64,000 nt of DNA, taken from assembly GCF_006345805.1 (NCBI RefSeq), contig NC_043016.1, forward strand, positions 14,756,001 through 14,820,000, given 5' to 3'. The DNA comes from Octopus sinensis. Its lineage: Eukaryota. The translations under genes were made by a program, and so were the position numbers. Numbering within the stretch: the first letter of the stretch is position 1; each line of letters starts with the position of its first letter. Under the pieces are notes generated by a model that saw only the letters and a program-made list of their open reading frames with translations, ran no database searches and was not told where the DNA came from. Shown piece by piece: positions 1 through 12,917 of this stretch.

Positions 1-130
1 TGTGGTTTTAATTCCTGGATTGGGCAACGCATTGTGTTCTTGAGCAAAACACTTCATTTCAGGTTGCTTCAGTCCCCTCAGCTGCCAAAAACAAGTGATA
101 CCGTGACAGACTGGCATCCAGTCTGAGGAA
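1..130 (+). mobile_element. tRNA-derived SINE fragment (same family as 43721-44019)
   Basis: gagcaaaacacttcatttc and gacagactggcatccagtc motifs are shared with the 43.7 kb copy. Confidence 0.55.
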
Positions 131-759
131 TTATATTCAGAGAAACTGGCTTTATGCTCCTTGTGGAGTAATGAGGACTAACCAACCTAGAGCTAGTTTA
201 AATTCAAGAAGTTTAAACAAAAATTAGTTTTTCTTACGATGAATAAACTAATATTATATTTAATTATTGCTCAATATTAATCAGAAAGACAAAGTTTTCA
301 AAATGTATATTTCACAGCAATGATACAATTCAAGGAAAAGATTATTGGCATCTAAAATAATTAGAACTCTGACAAGTCATTTCAAGGAAACTTGTGCAAA
401 ACTGAGATAAAGAGATGAGGAACATCATTCTTTATGTTTAAAAGGGGTAAAATCCAATACTTTAAAGAATTGGAGTCTAAGTAATTGGTAGTTTGTGTTT
501 GATTCCTATAAGGGCTGATTTAACCCGTGGCTAAGAACTAATAAGATGAATATTTGATCAACTGCACCAATATGTTCCACCAAGTGCTATACATTAGACT
601 AGTTATTGCTTTTGTTTCACTTCCAGGACAAAAGAATATACAATCCCTAGAAACAATATTTTGGGAAAAAACAAAACCAAAGAAACCATTAAAATTTAAA
701 ATGGTAAACTTTCACATGGTCATTCAACCTGGCAAAATTATAGCCAGCCATAATCTTAA

Positions 760-974
760 CTCTTTAGTATTCAGGTTACTCTCTCAAATGTAATGCATAT
801 TATTTCCATATAGTTTTCAATTAATCATGCATTATCTTGTAGACGAGATTTTCATGGTGCGACTGCTTATTTTTAGAATGGCATTGTAGGTGTGAGAGGC
901 CAGATCAGGTTACTTTTAACATAAAAATGGTAAAACATTTATGCTGGATATGGTTCAGTTTGAATGTTAAAGAG
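760..974. mobile_element. TTAA-flanked MITE (piggyBac-like ends)
   Basis: TTAA at 756-759 and 975-978; TIR ctctttagta / taaagag; body similar to the copies at 15503, 16097 and 44218. Confidence 0.75.
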
Positions 975-1439
975 TTAAATCACACTTTACTGCTTCAAAT
1001 GATTTAAGCTAAGAACTGTCATTCGATTAGATCATTAAATACTATTAATTTAATCACACTAAAATAGACAAAATAAGCATACTAATACTTAAGGTCTCCT
1101 ACCCTAAAAAAGAGGCAACGTGTTTTGATAAACGACTTTTTACGTTGAATATATTAGAATATCCAAAAATAATATATTTTTTAAAAATCAGTCAATGAAA
1201 ATCAATACCAGAATTCTAAATTCAAATAGATAATCACTAAATAGGACTAAAATCTAACATCTACAATCACTAAGTAGAACCAAAAATCTAACATCTACAA
1301 AAAGGGTTATGAGAAATTTCGCCGTAAATATTTTTGCTGTTGAAAAATTAGTCATAAGAAATTTCGTTATGACTTCATCACAGTTTTTTAATGTTTGACA
1401 TTAAAGATTTGCCTATTTAATGCTTTTACAAAGCAATGA

Positions 1440-1577
1440 TTTATTTATTTATTTATTTATTTAACAAAATGCTGATATAATTGTCCATACAGTGAATTTG
1501 TCTTAGGGCGAATTTTCTCAACATGTACAAGAAGCTAACTTTTAAAAGATAACAGTAAGAAATTCCTACATTTTATT
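1440..1577 (-). terminator. Candidate polyadenylation signals in the synaptobrevin 3' UTR
   Basis: AATAAA on the minus strand at 1572-1577 and a (TAAA)n run from 1440; the real 3' end cannot be fixed from sequence. Confidence 0.3.
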
Positions 1578-1686
1578 CCCTACAACCATTAAAAATAAAA
1601 TTAAAAAATGCATATACAGTCAAAATCTCTTAGCAAAAATGAACTTCATAAGCCACAAAATAAAAATATCTAAAAAATGATACAGA

Positions 1687-1731
<45 letters not shown>

Positions 1732-1993
1732 TTGTGTGCATGCACACACAATTTTGAAATATTTTTATGTTTTTAAGTGCAACAATTAGGAAAATTCCTG
1801 TGCTAAAAAAAACAAAAAAAAAACATCCTAACACCAGAAAACCAATACACACAGTATAACTACACTTGAATCTCGGACAAAACATCTACCTCTATATACA
1901 ACACGTACAACATCTAATGAATACCAAGATTGTGTTGGATAGTGCAAATATATTCATAAGACAAGAAATTTTAGCTTACACATCGCAAAGTAT

Positions 1994-2010
1994 TTATGCG
2001 AACACCCAGA
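1994..2010 (-). CDS. Syb: Synaptobrevin terminal coding exon, 17 nt, (V)WVFA*
   Basis: Acceptor tttctttgtcttcctacctatcacAG then TC TGG GTG TTC GCA TAA; phase 1; same 17-nt coding length as the last VAMP2 exon as I recall. Confidence 0.8.
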
Positions 2011-5000
2011 CTGTGATAGGTAGGAAGACAAAGAAATAGGAACAGATTAGATGTTGTATATAAATTTATGTACATATATAATCTATAACATTTATATAAC
2101 TGTCTTGCATAACTGCAATTCATAAAACAATCATCTCATTGTATTGTATGCAATATTAAGAATGTGTAAAGGTTACACTTAGTGAATTTCAAGCAGTAAT
2201 AAAGAAAAACATGCAAATTGAACGAGTTAAATCAAATAAGAATGGATAAAGGGAAAAACAAGCTCACTAGAAAACATTTCTTTTTATATTTATATATATG
2301 AATGTGAAAATATGTGTGGTTAAAGAATAAATAATGTTAAAAGTTACTAACAATGAAGAGACTCAAAGAGAATATATCTCATTTGAATGAAATTTTAATT
2401 TGTCAATACAATGAGTTAACAAAACATTTTAAAGTTTGCACAGACACTCAAAATATATTAAATATGAATAAATTAGAATACCAATTAATACAAACCAAGA
2501 TGTAATGTAGATATTTAAATTTATATACTAAAAAAAAATTCAACTTGAAAAGATTGAAGAGTTTATCTCTACACATTAGAAAAGATGAATAGTTAAAAAC
2601 ACATACAAATTAACATTTTAATCTTAAAATATAAAAATGTAGTTTATATAAATATCAAATTAGAACTTTATTAAATTGAAATTTAAAATAATTAGTATTG
2701 TCAAACTTGAAATGAATCTAAGTATTTAGTTTTAAAATGTAAGAAAAACTCAATCATTTGAAACATTTTAAAAAGGATGAAACAAAATATATAAATTTGA
2801 ATAAATACTAAAGAAAAACAGCTAATGCAAGCTATCTTGTAGTGGAATGCTTTCACTGAATTCTACAGTAATGTTCAATTATAAAACATTTTATGCAATG
2901 AAATTGAAGTGAAATATATGAGTATATGAAGTACGTACAAAGAACAGAAAGCAAAAATGAAAGGGACAAAGTGAGAAAATTTCTTGTCAAAATCTAAATT
3001 ATTAATGGTTTTTATTTAAAAACCTCATAAAAATCCAGAAAACATTTTACTTATAACATTCAAATACCAAAATCTTATTCCTATGTATTAAAAAAAGAGA
3101 AAAAAAAACAACATTTAATCCAGTTATTTCACACAGGTACACAATATATGTAGCCATAAAAATTATGAATTGTGCTGAAATTATTTTTCAAATAAAGGAA
3201 AGAATTCAATTCATTAGATGAATAATAAAATTTAAATAATATACAGAAAACACAAATGTGTAATATATATTTACAATCTACCCCTCTTCAGACATTAACT
3301 AAGACCATGATGAAAACAATTTAATCCAAGATCATAGAAACTTAAGATTTTAATACAGAAAGATTTTGTGAAGTTGGGATTAATTATCAAAATGAGGAAA
3401 AAAAAAACACATTGTATTGCTAATCAAAATACAAATGGGAATCTTATTTGAAAAGCGTAAGAAATTATGGAAATTCTTTTCCATATTATAATATAATAGT
3501 TAAATCTATTATTCAAACAGCATTACTATAAACTAAGTTAAAAATTAGCATTAAAAATTAATCTTCATACTTTTTATTTTAAGAAACTAACAAAATGGAA
3601 TCATTGCTACATTCATAACTGTCTCTTTTTGAAGAGTTTTTTGTGGCTGTTGACCAATTAACCTTAGTACACTTGTCCAAAAATGCCAGTCACTATTCAT
3701 AGCATAGTAATAATGTTAATGATAATTCAGTCTATAAAATACGTTCTGGAAATTTATAAATCAGCAAGCAGAGTGATTTCACAAAATAATGCTACTAATT
3801 TAACTATGGGTGGTTGTCCAAATGAACTACATACTATATAAATACACAATTGCTCAAGACCAGTTATAGGCCTTTCGTTGTTTCTCCATAGTAATAAAAT
3901 AATAATAAAAATAAAACAAAATATAAAATTTATCTTCTGTTTTGTTAGACTGATGAAATTCTTGATCATAATAAAAATATCAATGATATTTTTTATCTTT
4001 AATTTGACATGGATGAATACTCTTAAAAGCAGTTTTCAGAGCAATGGATTGGCTGAATCTGTAAGATATTGGACGAAATAAGTTGGATTATTTGAATATG
4101 GGCCTGTACATTGCACTGTTCAAATCCACCAAGATCATCTTTGCTTGTCATTGTTCCAAAGATTAGCAAAATAAGTGCAACTCAAGAACTGTGGCTGATT
4201 TAATCAACTACACAACTCTCCAAAAGGAGACTTTCTACCTATGTTAAACATAAGTTTATAGTATCAATTTTTTTCATTAAACTAATACTAAATCTAATAT
4301 AATAAATGTGAAAACTAATTTCTGTGTGTCAGTGTGTCACACTTTGATCCCTTCTCTCGCTATTCAATGTAACTTCTACTGTTGATGGGATTAATAAGAG
4401 AAAGAGTAGGTATGTGAGAGAGTTAGGGACTAAACACTGAATTCATTTTCTTAGTACCACCACATCTGCCATACACCCACCAGACTTCTGACACCACCAC
4501 CATCAATAACTGACTTCACCACCATGACCAGTCTTTCACATCTTTCACTCTCACTGTCATCCCTGACCATCTCAGCTAGCACCACCACCACCACAACTAC
4601 ACCTCATACTATTACTATCCTCCCATTACCATCACAAAAAGGCTGAAAGATGTGTGTATGGCAGAGGTGGTGGCCATGGTGGTACTGTTGTTTATCATGC
4701 AGCTTTGCATTAAGTTCCAAGTTGACAAATTATATCACTGTTTTGATGAAAATTGCTCAAGTTGAATAAAATTTAATATGTACTCAATGCATGAAGCGTC
4801 ATTGTTGGGCCCAAGTCCCAATGAAGAGCCCTCCACAGGAGCCAGCTTAAGAGCCACCCAATAGAGCGGCTTTTAAGCTAGTATCTTCTATATTCAAATA
4901 TAATCTAGAGAAAAAAGTCATCATCAGGCAACTTGACAAAGAAGAACATTTGGGAAATAGCCTTGCCTAAAGGGTATTGACTAGAATTCAATATTTCTCA

Positions 5001-7833
5001 GTATGAACAAGCAACTAGTTTTAGTCTGGACTGTGGCCATTACTGGTATAGAACCTTCAAAAATTTTAGTTTAAATCAATACTAATACTTTGCCTTGTAC
5101 TTATTTTAATGACCTTGGAAAGAGAAATGTAATGTCATCCTGGAACAGGATTTAAAAATCAGGACAAAGGGGAGTAACTAACCCTCCTCAAGTTATTCTG
5201 ACTTGCTCTTTGCTAATTCTGCCCACTATAAACTACTTAATAAACATATGTAAATAGAAAAAAACATGAAAATATATTAATATTTTATTTACAAACATAT
5301 TCACACATTTGAATAAATACACACAGGCTCACACATACTGTGCATCCAAAAAGACAAACTGCTGCTCACTACTTTTGTACATCTTTTCATTCACAGCTGC
5401 AGTTTCAGCTACTTAGTTATATATAATTGTTGGGAAAAGTTGACAGTTGTCACCTGCTGGCAAAGAATAAACTGCATGAAATGTTTTAAGTTGTGCAATG
5501 TTTATGGTAATAAGGCATAAGCAATGGATGTGAAAAGATTAATGGAGGGCAGGGAAGGATGAGCTAACAGAGAACATCCAATGAAACACTTTACTTGCAT
5601 AAAAAAAAACTGAGCATACACAGGAGAACTATGAAAGCAGACAGACAAGGATTGTTGGCTGTGCTGGTATAGATATATAATGTGTACAGATGAAATTCTG
5701 ACATAAATTGACCAAGTGAGAGACAGGGATTGATGAAGTCAAATCTAAAGGTTATATAAGATTTCAAATAGCAGGATTCAGTATTGCAAACAAGTATGAA
5801 AAAAAAAAATGTTAAAAACCATCACATTGTTTCGAACATAACTTAGATGATGCTTATAAAGAGTTATGAAGAGTTTGAAATAAACGACCGTTTTAAGATG
5901 GGCAATTTTGTTGCAATAGAATCAGAGATGACCTCAAGCAAGTTGATATCAAAAATGAATGGTTTAACAACCCCAAGATGTTTGAATGTGGAATGCAAAT
6001 AATCCATTTTATTTAAAAGACAAATTTGAAAAAAATCTAAGAAAACAGCATAAATATAACAAAAATTCTAAAATATACCAGAGAATTAAAGACTAATAAA
6101 TGTAAATAAATAGATTGACTATAAGCTATGAAATGGAGGAAACATGGATTTTATGAAATGGCTAGTTGAGTAAATGAAATGATTTATGAGGAACAAAGAG
6201 TTGGTTCAGAACATCAGTTATAATTAATAAGCATTTAGTCCTTACAAATGTTAAAAAACACAGCTTGCCAACACAAAATGTAAAAGTATCAAAATTTGAT
6301 ATAAGTCAGGTAAACAATTTCACTAATATTTACTATGGTTACAGATACAATTGTTCACAACAACTGATAAGATTAATGCAGATTAATGCAACAACTTTAA
6401 AGTCAGAAAAACAAAGTTAATTATTAAAATAAAGACGAGCTAAAAATATAGATCAGACGATATTTACATCCATAAATGTAATAATGTTCACATTATTAGG
6501 ATTATTCTTTAAAATATATATAATTGGGATAATTTGAAAGCTAATTTATGAAACAAGTTTCTGGTTAATTAGCTTCTTAGATTGCTTTTAGACAACATTT
6601 TAAAAACATTTCAAAATGAAATGGTTCACAGCACCTTCAGCTTATTTTGGCCAAGTGGAGATAAGCAGCTAACATCTCTATAATTGATTTCAGATATGTA
6701 ACCTCTCTGAGCAAATTTCTTTAGTTGTCAAAAGAAACCTTTTAATTCCTATTTACCAAATCTACCAAGAAATCCCGTAACATTTCTTCCAGGTTACTGC
6801 AGTGTAATACACAAGGTGCTTATTTTGTTTTTATCTTTATATACTTTTGTTCATTCTAACTTGTTTTTACCAATTAAAGATGGCAATTACTTAAAAAAAT
6901 TTTTTTTTTAATCACTCGCAGATCCAAGATGGTACACTCAAGTAATTTTTAGTATTAGAAACATAAACACGACTGACAATTTATCATGGAATAAGTCACT
7001 GAGATATACAACAGGGATCAATGTATGTGGCAGAAGAGTTTTCAATAAACATGTATATAATGTGCTTCCTCACTAAATGATACAACTCTGAAACCAATCA
7101 CAGAATATCAAGTTCTTTGTAGAATAGCTGTATGTCATGGAGAAGTTTATCAACACAGAATTAACAATAATCCTTAACAAGCAACTGGAATCCATAAACT
7201 TCCTTTCTCTTAGAAACTATCTTTGATGCAAATTTTAGCTGTGAAAATGTTATCTAGCAACATTTTGTATAAACAAACTGTATTAGCAGTCAAACTCCTA
7301 CCATTTTAATAATCTGCACAAAATTATAAAGAAAGTATATGGTTGTTCTAATAGTGACTCATCTGTTTTCTATCCAGACTCTCAGACTAAAATTATATCT
7401 GGGTTTCTATGACACAGGAAGCTGAAACTAGGAACCTATTACATTGGTTTTCCAAACTTCTTTCATGTATTGGCATGAGTAGTGTTTTGTTTAGGGAAAA
7501 ATCATTTAGCCCTATCATCAGCCAATTTGTCTGAGAAATCTGAGTTATACTCTCGTAGTGAATGTGATCCAACTATTTTTAGTTTGGTTCTAGCTTCACT
7601 CAATCGGATTGGGACCCAATATTTCTGGCATCAAAATATCTTTATCAGCCTTTGTTATTCAGGTCGGTTAAGTACTAAATTAAGTAATTAAGACTTAACT
7701 ACGTTTGGTGTCAAAATACTGGCAACCAAACAAGGTATCATACAAAAGACATGGAACTAACCATGCAATAATCTTAGATTGACTTTCAATGAGCAAGTAA
7801 TCCAAATATGAATGCTAAATACAAAGTTAAATT

Positions 7834-7868
<35 letters not shown>

Positions 7869-10800
7869 TTGCAAAAGATGGAAAAACAGAAATGAAGATA
7901 GTAACATAATATACAGGATTATCATAGAAAGTTGATTAAATTTAACATTACTTCCAATTTAGTGTTTTTGAGAGTTGGGATTGAAAACCTGATCCATCTT
8001 TAATTAAACAATTAGTATATTATATAAAGCATTTAAAAAGTGAGTTAATAGACGCATTACAAATTGAGGTATTTCATACACTGGAATTGAGAGAATATTA
8101 GAGCAGCACAAAAGAACTGACATCTTCTTTGCAATACAGTGTTAGAATAGATGGCAGTTCGTAAGACCAACAATAACTTACCAATGATAATGATAATAAT
8201 CACAAGTACAATGGTAACAAGAATAGCGATCATCTGTAAAAGAGAATTTCAAAAAAGCCAAAAGTGCAAATAAATAAAAAAATTATAAGTAAAAAGAGAT
8301 AACATTGTTTAACCTCTAAAAAGATTGACTTCAACATTATGAAAAAGTTAAAATTAACTGATGCTCAAAAGCAGCTTAAATGCTTTCTGATTTTTTTTTT
8401 TAATTATCTTTTTAAATTTCATCTCAAATTGAGTAGATGAGCCATTCTCATAAAATCTTATGATTAGCAATCTAATATAAGAGGTTAAAATTTCGACATA
8501 AAAAAAAAAAAAAATTTGGCGTGCAAGTGCAAGATAAAAAATAATGACATTCCAGAATATATTTCAAAGAAGAAGGAAAAAGAAAAAAAAAAAAAAAAGA
8601 AAATGAAAGAATGAAAGAAAGATAGCAAATTTGCTTTGCGTGCTATGGGGAAAAAATCCAAATGCAAATTGTCAAAGTATATAAAATTTGAAATAAAATT
8701 TCTAAATTGGCATTCAGTGCTGGAGAAAAGAAAAACACTTTCAAGATGTTGGTTCAGTAACAATCAGCTTTCATCTGGTTGAAAGATTATTTTTTTTTTT
8801 TTATTTCATTTTTTACCACTCAACATATTTTCACACAGTAACCCATACTTTCTGCTCATTTTATAAAAGATAAAATTTAAAACAAGCAGAAAATTACTGC
8901 ATATCATACTGAGTGGGTAAAAAAAAAAAAAAGTGTAATTTCCAGGAAGCTGTTGTAAACAAACTCAACAAGAAAGTGATTGATAATCGATGGCACCAGC
9001 ACTTACCAATGATTACAGTGACAATGGCTGCCACAATCGCACCAAGAATTATCATCATCTGAAATTATCCAGTAATAAGGCTTCATGATTTATCATACCA
9101 TGTTCATAAAATAATTCTACCAGGCTGTATACATTCTAAAATTTAAACTCCTTAATTATTTAATCGAAAGAAAACAAAGAGAAGAAAGGAAATGGTCATC
9201 ACATTTCATTTTTATATAAGATATGTGTTATGGATCAAGTATCCATAATTGAAGATCTTAACTGTTATCCTGCCAAATTACATACAAAGGCAAATTGAAG
9301 ATAAGCTTCTTATGTCACAACTCATGGAGACAAAAAAATGAAGCAGGCACATCTAATTCGAATTTATGTACAATTAAAAACAGAGCTTATTTAAAGCCGC
9401 AATCGTAGCCTAATGTAATCTTATGGAAAGTCATGACTGTGGCTTTTAGCAGGGTAACAGTTAATATTTTAGAATTACAGAGAGTATGAGTCAACATATT
9501 TAATTATCTGAACACTATATTTTTTAAAGCTGTTGAAAGACTATTCTTACATGTATAAAATAGTGCCAAGAACATTCTACAATGTAAATAAATACATTTT
9601 AAAAAAGAAATTTAAATGCTTTAAAAATTTTTTAAATAATGTTTTGTACATATTTTTTAATCCAGAATAAGATTCCAAAATTAATTCACAAATTATGAGG
9701 ATATAAGAAAATTACTTTTACAGCTTTAAAGTCACTTTAACTTAGTAAAATAATATACAGATATAAATTAACTATATATTTCATCGTTTAACTGCCACTC
9801 TCCAAGCAAAGATGCATTGGAAGATTCAATAGGATCCAAAAAATCATAGGACCAAGACATGCTCCAATGTCTTTTATTGTGGTTTCCAAGGCTGGATACC
9901 CTAACAACCACTTGACAGAGCATACTAGTTGCATTTTCATGCTACCAAGAAGACTAAAAAAGAACTTAAAGTGGCCCCTAAAACTGAAGGAGACTTTAAC
10001 AGCATAATAATTTTTAGCAAGGTAATGAAAGACAGTAAAGAATGATAAGAGGAACAGTTTTTTAGCAGTGTGGTGGTAGTGGAGGAGCAGGTAGTGGAGG
10101 GAAGGAAACGGGGGGGGAGGAAGGTCAGGGTCAATGGTTAGCAAGAAAGGAAAGGATAGAACTGTAAAGGTGATGAGACAGGTTGTGTAGAGGGGGTATT
10201 CTGCATTATAAGAGTGAGTATGAATGGTAGGCCTGAGGGGAAGGGAAGATGAAAGAGACGAAATAGATGAGTGGCAAGAATCCAAGAAGAGATAATAAGA
10301 GAGGAGCAAGAGTTGTTGTGGGGGCGGGGGGCTGGTGTAGGAGAGATGATGTAAAAGCTGTGGGGGGGGGGGGGGAGAGAGAGAGTATACAACCACACAT
10401 TTGAAATGGGTTTAAAATATTCAAAGAGATTAACATTTGACCACTTGATAGTATAGAACTTAACAGCAATTAAAAGTTAGACTTTTAAAAACATTTGTTT
10501 CATTATATATGAATTCATTAGAAAAATAAATTCCTCAGATTTAATACAATATAGGTCAAATATTTCCTAGTAATACTTTACTTTTACTTATAAATAAAAA
10601 TTGTTTTAAGAATACGTCTTTTAGATCAATTAATTTCAATAAGTTTAGGTCTTAGAGTATATAATTTTATCAAAATTTAATAAAAACAACTACCAAGAGA
10701 GAGAGTGTGATTTTAACCATAAAACCAAACCTACCTTGCAGTTTTTCCACCAGAATTTACGTTTGAGTTTTCCAGCACTTGCTTCAAACTGTGAGGCACC

Positions 10801-12885
10801 TGCTTGAAGTGCATCTAAAAAGAAATTTTTTTTTTTATGTTAAAAGATAGCCTAAAGTGCTATAAGACAAAATATTACAAACCATTTAAAACAAAATTAG
10901 GAAGTTTACTTCATGTCTAGGGATATTTTACAAGTCAAGAAAAAACTATGCAACAAGATGGTGTAATAGTTTTTAAGAAAAGATGCTTTTACATTCGTCA
11001 GCTGTATTTGTTACAATTTCCAAACAAATGAAATGGAAAAAATGTAATAGCCAAGAGAGAGCCTGTCAAACAACTTCATTAAAAAGAATCATCAACCCAA
11101 GTTTATTCAAGTATTCTTTTCTGTCAGTTTCTGCACAACAACAGTTTACCAGTATGTCACACCCAAAACACAGCTTTTTTAATGACCTATTTAATAACGT
11201 TCTCTCAATTCCTCATTCTATTTGTACTATAGGAAAATGTTGATAGCTTTCACAGATCAACTGAGATTGGCAGGATTGTAATTATATGTTTAGTACAAAC
11301 AATTGCAAAAGAAACAGGAGGAAATTCTTGAGGATTGATATTCAGGAGAGAAATAGGCAAGTTAAAAGTTCAGGTTGGGTGATGAAAAGCAGTATGAGTG
11401 ATAATAAATTGATTCATTGGGTTAAGCAAGATTCAGAAAGGATATAGAACGTGTATCAATCGGAAACATAAATAAGGAAGTTCCACCCACACATAAGAAA
11501 ACTTTTCATATACCCTACACCAACAAACCAAACTACATCTCTTCTCTTCCTTACATTTCCTCCTTCATACACTATGCCTATCTCTCATTCCCCAATCCTG
11601 TCCTCATGGTACTGTTTCTCTGTAGCAAGCCCCCTCCTACTCTATATACCCAGGTTTTCACCTCACACTTCCTCTCCCCCCTCTAATCACACTTCTTTGG
11701 CAATATCCTGCCACTTATATTAAGACCTTCAAACCTCAAAGGTATGCCCTGGCACTTGCCACCATCCATATCTCTCTCTTCCTTTACTTGACCATCCCAT
11801 TTATATTCTGATCCCTGTCCATTGGGAGTATGCCCAGCACTTTCCCCACTCTGTCTCCTTCATTTTCATCAGGTTAGATAACCATGTATCTCCTTTGTGA
11901 CAGCACACCTGTTTCTGTCTTCATTCCTGATCTCTCCCTCTCTCCGGTTGGGCAACCTTGTACCTCCTCTACAGCAAAACACATTTCTGTCTCACTATAA
12001 GCTTTCATCATCACCTCTTTCAATGCCCCCTCCCCTCCTAAAAGATCTTTGTCTTGCAGGTTACATGGTGACCCTATCAGTGCAGGTGCTACTTAAAATG
12101 CATCCAGCTGTAAAACCCTTGTCAAAGCTGACCTGACTTGTGCTTGTGCCATGTAAAAAGCACTAAGTCCACTCTGCTGAGTGGTTGGTGTTAAGAAAGG
12201 CATCCAGCTGTAAAAATCCTGCCAAAACAGTCACAGAAGTCTGGTACAGGATGCTGCTTGGCCGGCTCCTGTCAAACTGTCCTACCCTTGCCAGCATGGA
12301 AGGCAGATGTTAAACGATGATGAAAATATAATTTTGTAGAAAGTTCAGAGCAACAGAGTGAAAAGAAGACAAGAGCTAAGAGATGTGAACACTGAAGTCA
12401 CCAGGACAGAAGTACATTGAACGGAAGTAACTGGAAATTTTTGATGCTGCTATCCAGATGAGAGAGAGTGACTGCGCCATCTTTCAGAGTAAAGTTGAAT
12501 TAGTGACAGTAAAGATCAGCTAGAGACATCAGGTGAGAAATTTGTCTTGAGTGCAAGTTACTTACATGTTAATATCAGATGAACAGGTAGATACACTATT
12601 ACTGACAGAATACATTGATTAAATTACACTATTTTTTAACAATACACCAAACAGAATTCTCAAGCCTGACAAAAACATTTTCAGTTTCATTTTATTAGAT
12701 TCCAAATTAGCCAGTCGTTTAGATGGGGATTTAGATAAATTCAAAATTTATATTTGCATGTCATGTAAGAAATGAAGTTTTAATAAAACTAACCTGCTCT
12801 GTCATCCAGTTCAGAGATTTTAGAATCTCTTTCCAAAACTTTATCAACATTCACGCGCATAATATCTACAACCTGTAGAAAAAGA

Positions 12886-12917
<32 letters not shown>

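Noticed and set aside
4410-4480. AG|TC TGG match (VWWVYG...) as a last exon
   Set aside because: Purine-rich upstream context inside a Helitron-like repeat
7359-7388. Alternative last exons V* (7382-7386) and VWIENR* (7359-7378) downstream of exon 6b
   Set aside because: Weak pyrimidine tract and clustered AGs. The pattern echoes the one after 6a but is not supportable without reads.
8870-9006. Intron-retention isoform after exon 6a (GKCWCHRLS...)
   Set aside because: Open for ~37 codons but runs through a poly-T acceptor tract; the donor is consensus; no positive evidence
9788-10469. 202-aa and overlapping ORFs in intron 5
   Set aside because: Low-complexity purine-rich repeat-derived sequence; no splice-consistent role in the gene
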